From the NCBI GenBank assembly GCA_965242925.1, contig CBDEUM010000012.1, positions 128,001-192,000 on the forward strand: a stretch of DNA of 64,000 nt, in the 5' to 3' direction. The notes under the pieces are model-generated. The model searched no databases. It had not been told where the DNA came from and saw nothing but the letters and a program-made list of their open reading frames with translations. Made by a program: the position numbers and the translations under genes. The first letter of the stretch is position 1. Each line of letters starts with the position of its first letter. Source of the DNA: Roseibacillus sp. GTDB taxonomy: Bacteria; Verrucomicrobiota; Verrucomicrobiia; Verrucomicrobiales; Akkermansiaceae. This document shows positions 39,620-48,540 of the stretch, one piece after another.

Positions 39620-39994
39620 TCACTTCTTGGGCCGTTTGGCTCCATACTTGGAGCGACTCTGTTTCCGGTTCTCCACACCGAGGGTATCATGGGATCCCCG
39701 CACAATGTGATAGCGCACCCCTGGCAGATCCTTCACCCGGCCACCGCGCACGAGCACGATGCTGTGCTCCTGCAGATTGTGTCCTTCCCCTCCAATGTAG
39801 GCGATGATCTCGTAGCCGTTGGTGAGACGAACCTTCGCTACCTTACGGAGCGCGGAGTTCGGCTTCTTCGGCGTCCGGGTATATACCTGCAAGCACACTC
39901 CTCTTCGCTGCGGACAATTGGAGAGCGCCGGCGATTTCGATTTTCGGATCGCCTGCTTGCGGCCCTTGCGGACAAGTTGGTTGATGGTCGGCAT
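39620..39994 (-). CDS. rpsL: 30S ribosomal protein S12
   Basis: Motifs [28 protein letters not shown]. Confidence 0.99.
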   Translation of the reverse strand: MPTINQLVRKGRKQAIRKSKSPALSNCPQRRGVCLQVYTRTPKKPNSALRKVAKVRLTNGYEIIAYIGGEGHNLQEHSIVLVRGGRVKDLPGVRYHIVRGSHDTLGVENRKQSRSKYGAKRPKK

Positions 39995-40180
39995 GATTCC
40001 TGCTTCTTGAAAGTCTCTCGTCGGGTCATTGCATGCTCAAGGAGCGCAGAAGGCAGGCAACGAGGATGACCCTCGCAGGAAGCCTGTTATCCGGAGCTGC
40101 ACCCGATGAGCTGGTAAATCGCTGTTTTCCGCCGTTTTCCGTATGGAAATACGGATTCCATCCGCGATTTTGGGGCCGCG

Positions 40181-40208
40181 ACTATAGGAGTGCGCTCCCT
40201 GTTGACAA
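40181..40208 (-). promoter_or_regulatory. Candidate sigma70-type promoter for the str/S10/spc transcript
   Basis: Minus strand reads TTGTCA-16 nt-TATAGT, followed by a GC-rich discriminator-like stretch (CGCGGCCCC), about 185 nt upstream of rpsL. Confidence 0.6.
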
Positions 40209-40655
40209 GGCCTATTTCGGCAATTTTTTCAGGAGTTTTCCGTGCCGGAGTAAATCGTTAGTTTCTTCAGATTTCTTCTCTCCCCAAAGTGCCTCGAAAC
40301 ACCTCCAAGAGAGCAGGATAGTAAACTCCGCCTCCCATCTGCGGTCCCGCCAGCGAGGGGCGCAAGACCCAGGCGCGCCTTGCTGGTAAACTTCCCGCAG
40401 TCTCCGCTTCTCTGCGCAGCCTTTCCGGTGTCGATTACCCGAGGGAAGAAGGCCTTTGTTCGGAAACCGCTGCCTGCCCTCCCGGCCATTAAGGCCGTCT
40501 TTCCTGCCCCTGCCTTCCAAGCAGATTCCAACCTGGTATCCTGAGCCCCCATGGTGCTCCCGTAAGCTACCTGCTCCCCTCACTGATCGCTATTTTGCTG
40601 TCGACACCGTCGCAGTCAGAATATAGTCCCCCCGTCCCCGCACAGGGAGTAAATC

Positions 40656-40727
40656 GGCAGGGTAGCTCAGGGGTAGAGCAAAGGACTCATAAGCCTTGGG
40701 TCGGCGGTTCGAATCCGCCCCCTGCTA
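40656..40727 (+). tRNA. tRNA with CAT anticodon, most likely elongator tRNA-Met; CCA end not encoded
   Basis: Acceptor stem GGCAGGG/CCCTGCT, D-arm GCTC..GAGC, anticodon loop CTCATAA, T-arm GGCGG-TTCGAAT-CCGCC. It lacks the initiator C1:A72 mismatch and the three G-C anticodon-stem pairs. tRNA-Ile2 is not fully excluded. Confidence 0.93.
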
Positions 40728-40805
40728 TTTTCCCTCCAGCATCGGGCTGGATTGGACGCATTGCGTTGACATTCAATAACCTGTGGCTCAGGTTCCTCTC
40801 CACTT

Positions 40806-42161
40806 GTGGCTGGTGCTCGCTTTACTCTCCTCAACCGGGCTAATGAAATCGGAGCCAACAGCTACCTGCTTGAAATCGGGGACACCAAGGTGGTGCTTGA
40901 TGCCGGGATGCACCCCAAGGAGAGAGGTTCAGGGGCTCTCCCCCGCTACGAAGATATTCCCCACGACAGCGTCGATGCCATAATCGTCACGCATTCGCAT
41001 CTCGATCATGTGGGAACGCTCCCGATCCTAATGCGTGACCAGCCCTCCGCGCGGGTATTCATGACCCCCGCTACCAGCGCCCTGGCCGATGCCCTCCTCC
41101 ACAACTCCGTCAATGTGATGAAGTCCCAGCGGCAGGAGCTGGGCATCGAAGAGTATCCTCTTTTTACGCATCGTGCCATCGAAGAGCTCACTCCACGCAT
41201 CGAACCACGCGATTATGAAAAACCCTTCGATCTCGACTGGAACGGAACGGCCCGCGCAACCTTCCATGATGCCGGTCACATCCTCGGTTCCGCAGGAGTC
41301 CTGTTAGAGGGTGTCGGCAAAAGTGTCTTCTACAGCGGGGATATCCACTTTGAAGACCACGCTCTCATCCGTGGGGCCCGCTTCCCGGAACTGGGAGACA
41401 GGAACCTCGACGCTCTCATTGTCGAAACCACGCGCGGTGACGCTCCCCGGCCCACCCATTACCGCCGCGAGAGCGAAGAAGAACGCTTCATCGGGGACAT
41501 CCGCCGCTGCCTGGATGGTGGCGGCTCCGTGCTCATCCCCGTCTTCGCCATCGGCAAGACCCAGGAGGTACTCACCATGATCCACGAATGCAAGGAGGCG
41601 GGGCGCCTTCCGGACGCGCCTGTCTACATCGGCGGCCTGAGCACCAAGATGACCATCATCTACGACAAGTTTTCAGACTCCACCCGCCGCTGTTCACCGG
41701 GTTTCAAGATCCTGCGCGATATGAATCCCATCACCGGGAATCGGAGGGGTCGCAAACGTATTCCCCTTGAGCGGGGGGCTATCTACGCCCTCTCCAGCGG
41801 CATGATGACAGAGAAGACCACCTCTAATGGTTTCGCGCGCGGTTTCATCGATAACCCGGAGAACATGCTCCTTTTCGTAGGCTATGCCGATCCCGACAGC
41901 CCGGGGGGGAAAATTCGCTCCGCACAGCCCGGTGACAATATCCGACTCGACGAGGATCTCCCCGAGGTGCCGCTCAACTGCGGGGTGGAGATCTACGACT
42001 TCAGCGGACACGCCCCGCGCGACCAACTCCTGAATTTCATGCAGCAAACCAATGCTCGTCAGACCGTCCTCGTTCACGGCGATCCCGCGGCCCAGAAATG
42101 GTTCGCTAATCAAATCGAGCGAGCCGTTGTCCCTTCCCCGGGAAAACCCCTCCTGCTGTAG
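40806..42161 (+). CDS. Beta-CASP metallo-beta-lactamase-fold ribonuclease (CPSF73/Ysh1-like)
   Basis: Motifs THSHLDH, AGHILGS, SGD, ETTRG, SSGM, FSGHA, VHGD. Confidence 0.9.
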   Translation: MAGARFTLLNRANEIGANSYLLEIGDTKVVLDAGMHPKERGSGALPRYEDIPHDSVDAIIVTHSHLDHVGTLPILMRDQPSARVFMTPATSALADALLHNSVNVMKSQRQELGIEEYPLFTHRAIEELTPRIEPRDYEKPFDLDWNGTARATFHDAGHILGSAGVLLEGVGKSVFYSGDIHFEDHALIRGARFPELGDRNLDALIVETTRGDAPRPTHYRRESEEERFIGDIRRCLDGGGSVLIPVFAIGKTQEVLTMIHECKEAGRLPDAPVYIGGLSTKMTIIYDKFSDSTRRCSPGFKILRDMNPITGNRRGRKRIPLERGAIYALSSGMMTEKTTSNGFARGFIDNPENMLLFVGYADPDSPGGKIRSAQPGDNIRLDEDLPEVPLNCGVEIYDFSGHAPRDQLLNFMQQTNARQTVLVHGDPAAQKWFANQIERAVVPSPGKPLLL

Positions 42162-42167
42162 GAGAAG

Positions 42168-43202
42168 CTAGCTTCCCTTCAGCTCGTCCAGCTCCTTGCG
42201 CAGGGCCTTCACCTCCTGCCGCGTTTCTTGCAGCTTGCCCAGCTCTCGCCAGATTCGAATCTCTTCCTTGAGGGGTTTGGCTGGAGTGCCCATGTAGGCC
42301 CCCGGCTCGGTGATGCTCTGAAAAGCACTCGACCTGCCGCCCAGTTGCACCCCACTGGCAATCTCGATGTGCCCGTTGATTCCTGCCTGGGCCGCGATAG
42401 TCACGTGGTCCTGCAGCTTTGAGCTTCCCGCCACTCCGGACAGTGCCACCAGGATGCAGTGTTTGCCGATCTGCGCATTGTGCCCAACCTGCACCAGATT
42501 GTCGATTTTGCTCCCTTCTCCCACCACGGTTCTGCCAATGCGGGCTCGATCCACGCAGGCATTTGCACCAATCTCTACGTCATTCGCCAGCACCACGATC
42601 CCGAGCTGGGGAACCTTCTGGTGCCTGCCGTCAGCAAATTCGTAGCCGAAGCCATCCGAGCCGATCACCGCCCCCGGCTGCAGGATCACCCGATCACCAA
42701 GAATACACCCTTCCCGGACACTGGCATTCTGGTAGATGACGCAGTCCTCGCCAACCTGCACACCACGTCCAATCACCGCACCAGCACATACTTCTGAGCC
42801 GGATCCGATGACCGCTCCATCCTCCACCACCGCGCCCGGATGAACCGCTGCGCCGGGATCGACCTGAGCGTGCTCCGAAACATGCGATCCGGATCGGATG
42901 CCGGGAGTGAAGGCTCGCGCCATCTCTTCCACCTTCTTCACAAGAGCAGCCAGAGCGTAGGACGGGTTCTCGACTTGAATAAGCGCCACCCCCTCCGGAC
43001 CCGAATCAACATCCGGCGTCACCAGGACGGCACCGGCCCTGGTCGCATCAAACTGGTCCCGGTACTTTGCAACACCGAAGAAACTCAGATCGCCAGGACA
43101 GGCCTCCTCCAGGGTCTCGACTCCGTTCAGGACGATCGTCTCATCGCCCGCAACCAGTGTTCCCCCTGCCAAGGCGACCACTTCCGCGACCCGGAATTCC
43201 AC
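42168..43202 (-). CDS. lpxD: UDP-3-O-(3-hydroxyacyl)glucosamine N-acyltransferase
   Basis: Hexapeptide repeats, IGSDGFGY, VPQLG.V, KIDNLVQVGHN. Confidence 0.97.
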   Translation of the reverse strand: MEFRVAEVVALAGGTLVAGDETIVLNGVETLEEACPGDLSFFGVAKYRDQFDATRAGAVLVTPDVDSGPEGVALIQVENPSYALAALVKKVEEMARAFTPGIRSGSHVSEHAQVDPGAAVHPGAVVEDGAVIGSGSEVCAGAVIGRGVQVGEDCVIYQNASVREGCILGDRVILQPGAVIGSDGFGYEFADGRHQKVPQLGIVVLANDVEIGANACVDRARIGRTVVGEGSKIDNLVQVGHNAQIGKHCILVALSGVAGSSKLQDHVTIAAQAGINGHIEIASGVQLGGRSSAFQSITEPGAYMGTPAKPLKEEIRIWRELGKLQETRQEVKALRKELDELKGS

Positions 43203-43235
43203 AGTGGTATTCTGTTAGAGCCGAAGTCGTGTCGG

Positions 43236-43835
43236 CTATTTGCCGCCCTCGGGGGTGGGAGCGGGTGCATCCTTGTTCAGCACACCCAGCAGGCCCGCCG
43301 TGATGTCGGTGGCATCCTTGGTGTAGAGCAGGAAGGGGACCTGAGAGGTACTCATGCCGGACTTGTCGAAAACGTAATCGTAGGCATCGGACTTCGCACG
43401 ATCTTCCACCAGTTTCCGGATCTCCTCGAGGATACCCCGCATCTTCTGCATCATCTTCTCGTTGAGGGCAGTATTACGGCGCTGGAGAAATTCCCGGCGC
43501 TCCCGGTCAAGGGCCACCCCTTCCTGAGTCTTCATCTGGAAGTCCTTGAAAAGCTCCTGCTTCCGCTTGTCACTGAGAGAAGGATCGTCCAACTGCTTGC
43601 GCAGGCCCTGCAACTCACCCTCCAGGGCACGGATGGTTTCCAGACGATCATTGTTGTTTTGCTGGATCTTGGCACGCTCGACGTTGACTTCCCTCTGAGC
43701 GTCGGTCGTGCGATGATACTGCTTGAATAGCGTCTGCATATCCACCGTGGCGATCTTGAGTTTGTCCTGCGCGGTCGCGGGCAGAGCAAAAAGCAGGGCA
43801 GTAACAGCAGCGAGAGTCAGTTGGCGAAAGGTCAT
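43236..43835 (-). CDS. skp: OmpH/Skp periplasmic chaperone
   Basis: Signal peptide, KIATVDMQ, coiled coil, YDYVFDK, DIT; lies upstream of lpxD. Confidence 0.92.
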   Translation of the reverse strand: MTFRQLTLAAVTALLFALPATAQDKLKIATVDMQTLFKQYHRTTDAQREVNVERAKIQQNNNDRLETIRALEGELQGLRKQLDDPSLSDKRKQELFKDFQMKTQEGVALDRERREFLQRRNTALNEKMMQKMRGILEEIRKLVEDRAKSDAYDYVFDKSGMSTSQVPFLLYTKDATDITAGLLGVLNKDAPAPTPEGGK

Positions 43836-43909
43836 TTGCTTAGCGTTTCTTAGGATTAAGGCGGAGCTTGGAGAGAAATTATGGAGTCGTCAAACCCCAA
43901 CCCCGGCTC

Positions 43910-44560
43910 TCAATCCCTCGAAGGGCCGTTTTTGTTGAGTTCCTTGAGGATCATGGGCGTGATGTCCATGGCGTCCCTGACAAAAAGGAGCATGGGAACC
44001 TGGGAGCTACTGGTCCCGTCGATATCGAACACCAGATCGAAGCCCAGGCGCTCGGCCTGTCCGGCCACGAGGTCGTGAATCTCCTGAAGGAGCGCATCCA
44101 TGCGCGCCACCATCTTCCTGTTCAACTCGGTATGGCGAGCCTGCAGATCGGACGTCCGCTCGTGGTTGATCCGCTCCCGCTCATGAAACCGCACACCCTT
44201 TTCACGCTCCAGCGAGGAACGGTTTTGCCCGGTCAGATTCGTGCTCTGCAAGGAAACCTCCAATTCCCGCAGGCTCTGATCCATGCTCCGTAGACGACCG
44301 GCCACATCATTGTGCTCCTTCTGGATACGGGCGCGCTCCATGTTGATCTCCTCCTCCGCCTTATCCACCTTGTGATAATTGCGGAAGAGTTTCTGGATAT
44401 TGACAACTGCCGTCCGCAGCTTTTCTTCTTCTACAGACCCCACCACCTTCTCACTCGAACCGAGCCTGGCAGCAACTTTCTCCTGATCCTCGTTTCCACT
44501 CTGCGCCCAGGCCGGGAACGCCAAGCCAAGTCCCAGTCCCAACGCCATTAGTTTTCTCAT
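43910..44560 (-). CDS. OmpH/Skp paralog
   Basis: AVVNIQKLF, ERARIQ, FDLVFD, SSSQVP.L, DIT; aligns by eye with the downstream Skp. Confidence 0.88.
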   Translation of the reverse strand: MRKLMALGLGLGLAFPAWAQSGNEDQEKVAARLGSSEKVVGSVEEEKLRTAVVNIQKLFRNYHKVDKAEEEINMERARIQKEHNDVAGRLRSMDQSLRELEVSLQSTNLTGQNRSSLEREKGVRFHERERINHERTSDLQARHTELNRKMVARMDALLQEIHDLVAGQAERLGFDLVFDIDGTSSSQVPMLLFVRDAMDITPMILKELNKNGPSRD

Positions 44561-44649
44561 CTCTGCATCCAAGTTTGCTTCACGTTAGACAGCCCCTCCA
44601 GAAAACTCAAGTTCATTAAAGTATTGATCATCTGCAAGCAGACCGCCAC

Positions 44650-45483
44650 ATGCGTCATCTTTCCTCACTTGCCGACATTCCGGACATGCCCGCGCCTTCC
44701 GTGCTGGTTCCCACCATGGGAGCCCTGCATGAAGGACATGCCGCCCTCTTCCGGGCTGCCAGGGAAATAGCGGACAACGATGGATCGGTCCTGGCTTCCA
44801 TCTTTCTCAATCCCCTGCAGTTCGACCGGCCAGACGATCTGGCAGACTACCCGCGCACCCTCGAGACAGATCTCGCCCTCTGTGAAACCCTGGGCGTGGA
44901 CGCTGTGTTCACTCCGTCCCCCGTGGAATTCTACGCGGCCGACCATTCCATCATGGTAAGGGAGACCCTCCTCTCCCGAAACCTCTGCGGAGCCACCCGC
45001 CCCGGTCACTTCGAGGGCGTGTGCACCGCAGTGCTCAAGCTCTTCCATGTCCTGCGCCCGGCAGCGGCCGTTTTCGGGAAAAAGGACTACCAGCAACTCG
45101 CCATCATCCGACGTCTCGTGCGAGACCTTTCCCTGCCCGTGGACATCCACGGCATTGAAACGGTCCGCGAACCCGATGGACTGGCTCTTTCCTCACGCAA
45201 CCTCTCCCTGGATCCTGAGCACCGCGCTGATGCGTCCCGTATCCGCCGCGCCCTCCTCGCTGCCCGCGATCTGCGTGAGACCGGTGAACAACGCAGCGAG
45301 GGCTATCTTCAAGCCGCCCGCCATCATCTTCTGCAAGATGCTCCGCCCGGCCTGAAAATCGACTATCTTGAGCTGGTGGATCGTGAAAATCTGCAACTCC
45401 TTCCCAAAGTGGCCGGTCCGGCCCTTCTTGCCACCGCCGTCCTGTATGACGACGTGCGCCTGATCGACAACGTGGAGATCTGA
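44650..45483 (+). CDS. panC: Pantoate--beta-alanine ligase
   Basis: Motifs VPTMGALHEGH, NPLQF, RPGHF.GV, FG.KDYQQ, GLALSSRN, RLIDN. Confidence 0.98.
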   Translation: MRHLSSLADIPDMPAPSVLVPTMGALHEGHAALFRAAREIADNDGSVLASIFLNPLQFDRPDDLADYPRTLETDLALCETLGVDAVFTPSPVEFYAADHSIMVRETLLSRNLCGATRPGHFEGVCTAVLKLFHVLRPAAAVFGKKDYQQLAIIRRLVRDLSLPVDIHGIETVREPDGLALSSRNLSLDPEHRADASRIRRALLAARDLRETGEQRSEGYLQAARHHLLQDAPPGLKIDYLELVDRENLQLLPKVAGPALLATAVLYDDVRLIDNVEI

Positions 45484-45495
45484 CAGCCACGGCTG

Positions 45496-46746
45496 TCAGC
45501 TGCCGGTCAGCTTGTCCCAGAGCTTGAGGGCGGTCAGGACCGCGAAGAAAAACGCCACCCCCGTGCCCACCCCCGCGACTGCAAGGAGAGCAGGTGGCGT
45601 CCGGCGTTCCCCGGCAAGGTCCTTTTGCACTGCCAGGAACAGAAGCGCCAGAGCGAGGGCCGGAATCCCAAGAACAGTAAGGGCCTGCGCCACGGTGATC
45701 AACCCGACGGTGCTTCCCTCCTTCGCGAAGGCCAGAATGGCTATCAGCATTCCCACTATCAGGGCAGCAGCAGTGCCGTGTCGTGACCAACGGTCACCGA
45801 TCTTACTCCCCTTCCCAAGACCATCCGCCATCACCGTCCCGCCGATGATGGCATTCACAAGAAACGAGCTGAAGGCTCCGGCCAGGATCCCAACCGCGAA
45901 GATGTACTTGGCGCTCGAACCGAAGAGCGGCTCCAGCTGGCTCGCCACATCCCCCACACTCTTGAGCTGAGCTGCCTCCGGCGTACGGTAAAACACCATG
46001 ATCGAGGTAACCAGGATCACAGCGGTTACTCCGCCCAGAATCGAGATTCCCACCACCGAGTCAATCATGCCCTTGCGCAGGTCGCGCAGTCCCCAGCCCT
46101 TCTCCCTGACAAGATAAGCCTGGAAGAAGGCTCCTCCCACAGAGAAGGTCGTGCCCACCATTCCTATCAGGGGCAACCAGTCCGCAGGCGGATCCGACTC
46201 CATCACCCGTTCCACGGGATCCGCCACCATCACGGTCAACAGATTGATCAGGAAGACCACTATCATGAGCGCCATCAGGATCTTCATGGCCTTCTCGACA
46301 AGCCCGTAGAGACTGCGCATGGCGTAAAGCGAGAAGATCACGAGAGCGTTCACCAGAACCACGATCAGGATCCGCGCCCCACTCGAATCCAGGGGGCCGT
46401 CAGTGCTGTCGAAGAGCGGTTCCAGCCCACCCACCACCGCAATGTTGTTACTGGACTGGAAGAGCGCCACGATGAGGAACAGCGTAGCCGCAACGGCAAT
46501 TGCGAATGAACGGTTCAACCGCCGGGTCAGTTCATCACAGAGACTGTGCTTATATACCACCCCCAGGCGGGCGGAGAGCGCCACCATCCCGATCATGAGG
46601 GCCACCGCCACCACCAACACAGGCACTCCAAGCCAACCGAACTGCGCTCCCACCTTGGAACTGGTGAGAATGCTGCCCGGTCCAAGAACGACTGCCGCCA
46701 CGATAATGGCTGGCCCAACCGACTTCAGCGTTTCACGAACATTCAT
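45496..46746 (-). CDS. NRAMP-superfamily membrane transporter (YcsG-like, no DPGN motif)
   Basis: GPAIIVAAVVLGPGSI.T...GA.FG, FQ..N, VGTT, AAFSS-like segment; about 11 hydrophobic segments. Confidence 0.8.
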   Translation of the reverse strand: MNVRETLKSVGPAIIVAAVVLGPGSILTSSKVGAQFGWLGVPVLVVAVALMIGMVALSARLGVVYKHSLCDELTRRLNRSFAIAVAATLFLIVALFQSSNNIAVVGGLEPLFDSTDGPLDSSGARILIVVLVNALVIFSLYAMRSLYGLVEKAMKILMALMIVVFLINLLTVMVADPVERVMESDPPADWLPLIGMVGTTFSVGGAFFQAYLVREKGWGLRDLRKGMIDSVVGISILGGVTAVILVTSIMVFYRTPEAAQLKSVGDVASQLEPLFGSSAKYIFAVGILAGAFSSFLVNAIIGGTVMADGLGKGSKIGDRWSRHGTAAALIVGMLIAILAFAKEGSTVGLITVAQALTVLGIPALALALLFLAVQKDLAGERRTPPALLAVAGVGTGVAFFFAVLTALKLWDKLTGS

Positions 46747-46795
46747 CGTCACACTCCGCACTCGCCATTCTCCAATATCCGGCCGGAATAACCAA

Positions 46796-47704
46796 TCACG
46801 AATAACCGATAACTTCCCTCGGCCGCTCCCAGCAGAGATCTGCGATTTCTCCGTTCTCCAGACCAATTCCACGCAAAACTCCCGCCACCCCGGGCATGGT
46901 CGTGGTCGATCCCACGAAGTGCGCACCATCCGGCGCACGCGCGATCATGTCCTCCCCGATTTCCAAATCCCACCCCGCCAGAGTGTATTTCCCCGGACCG
47001 GCCCGTGCTGCCGAGATCGCATCGGTCACCATGAGAGAACGCTCTATTCCCGCCGCCCGGAGATAATTCCGCAGGGCAAAGGGCGGCACATGCACTCCAT
47101 CCCCTATGAAGCAGATCCAGAGATCTTCCGAGAGACTGAGCACTCGCTCCACGATGTTGTCGTGCCGTTGCAACTGCATGGGACAACCATTTCCAAGGTG
47201 CGTGAACATTGAGAGCCCCGCATCAATGGCCGCCCGGAGTTGATCGAGGGACGGGTCACAGTGTCCGGCGGAAACCACGATGCCCTCTCCCGCCAGAAAG
47301 CGGGTGGTCGCAAACCCCTCATCACATTCAGGCGCCAGGGTCACTATTCTGGTGAGATCCCCTGCCGCTTCCAGCAGCTCCTTCATGGCATCCACTGTGG
47401 CGGGCCGGGTCCAATCGCGCGGGTGGGCTCCGATGAACCCGTCGGCCTGATTCAGAAATGGGCCTTCGATATGCAGCCCCACAAGCACCTTCCGCACCAC
47501 CTCATCTTCCTCACGCGCTCGAACCAACCTCTGGAGTTTTCCTTTCATGCTCTCAATAGAGTCCGTGATTACCGTTGCCAGGGCGCCGGTAGTCCCATCC
47601 TCCTGCATGGCCTCGCAGGCCACGCGGGCCTGCTCGGTTGTCAGAAAATCGGAATTGAAATCGATTCCTGCGTATCCATTGACCTGGAGATCGAAGTAGC
47701 TCAT
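46796..47704 (-). CDS. nagA: N-acetylglucosamine-6-phosphate deacetylase
   Basis: Motifs DLQVNG, HIEGPFL, GAH, TLAPE, GH, THLGN, DGVH, TDA. Confidence 0.92.
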   Translation of the reverse strand: MSYFDLQVNGYAGIDFNSDFLTTEQARVACEAMQEDGTTGALATVITDSIESMKGKLQRLVRAREEDEVVRKVLVGLHIEGPFLNQADGFIGAHPRDWTRPATVDAMKELLEAAGDLTRIVTLAPECDEGFATTRFLAGEGIVVSAGHCDPSLDQLRAAIDAGLSMFTHLGNGCPMQLQRHDNIVERVLSLSEDLWICFIGDGVHVPPFALRNYLRAAGIERSLMVTDAISAARAGPGKYTLAGWDLEIGEDMIARAPDGAHFVGSTTTMPGVAGVLRGIGLENGEIADLCWERPREVIGYS

Positions 47705-48447
47705 TGCTGAAGTAAGCTGGCCGCCGGCTCGTCGAGAAAGAGCATGCAGTCGCCATGATCCTGCAGGATTGTGGCGGGCACGTCGGGACTCACCTCTCCC
47801 TCCACTGTCTTCTGTACCGCATCCGCCTTCCGGTCATCAGGCACCGCACAGATGATCCGGTCTGCCTTGAGGATCTGCTGCACGGACATCGATATTGCGT
47901 GGGTGGGCACGGCAGCAAGATCGGGGAACCATCCTTCTCCCACCTGCTGCTGGCGGCACACCCCGTCAAGTTCCACTACGAGGTAGGGTTCCTCGGTCTC
48001 AAAGTCCGCGGGTGGATCGTTGAAGGCAATGTGCCCATTCTCGCCAATTCCGATGAAAGCGACCACCGGCGCTTCTCCTGCCAGTACTCTCCCCATCCGC
48101 ACACACTCCATCCGGGCCTCGTTCTCGCCCTCGATGGCGTGAAAGGCCTTCAATTTCCCAGGGAGCCTGGCAACGAAGCGTTCCCGCAGAAACCTGCTGA
48201 AAGAGGCCGGATGGTCCGCCGAAATGCCGATATACTCGTCCAGGTGAAATAGCGTCACCCCCTCCCAGGCAATGTCCGGCTCCCTTGTGAGTGCCTCCAC
48301 CACCTCAAACTGGGAAGCTGCCGAGGCCATCACGATCCGGGCCTCCCCACAATCCGCCAGAGCCTCCCGGATCTTCTCTGCCCCGGCGGCCGCTGCCGCC
48401 GCTCCCATCTCGCCCTTCGTTGCAAAGATCCTAGCCTCCATCTCCAC
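47701..48447 (-). CDS. nagB: Glucosamine-6-phosphate deaminase
   Basis: Motifs HLDEY.G, HPASF, GIGENGHIAFNDP, PA..LQ.H; 4-bp overlap with nagA. Start is 48447 or 48441. Confidence 0.9.
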   Translation of the reverse strand: MEMEARIFATKGEMGAAAAAAGAEKIREALADCGEARIVMASAASQFEVVEALTREPDIAWEGVTLFHLDEYIGISADHPASFSRFLRERFVARLPGKLKAFHAIEGENEARMECVRMGRVLAGEAPVVAFIGIGENGHIAFNDPPADFETEEPYLVVELDGVCRQQQVGEGWFPDLAAVPTHAISMSVQQILKADRIICAVPDDRKADAVQKTVEGEVSPDVPATILQDHGDCMLFLDEPAASLLQQ

Positions 48448-48540
48448 CCTACTTTGACACCATCTTTAAACCTCCACCAACCAATAACTCAATAACCGGC
48501 TTGTCCTTCGCTCCTTCAGGACGGAAGGATAAGCACGAAC

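Noticed and set aside
39620..39994. Streptomycin-resistance alleles in rpsL
   Set aside because: Both key lysines are wild type (TPKKPNS and RVKDLPG).
40210..40600. Small ORFs between the rpsL promoter and the tRNA
   Set aside because: No motifs or convincing RBS; most likely a divergent promoter region.
40656..40805. tRNA as an integration site for a genomic island
   Set aside because: No integrase, no duplicated tRNA 3' end seen, and the flanking genes are housekeeping.
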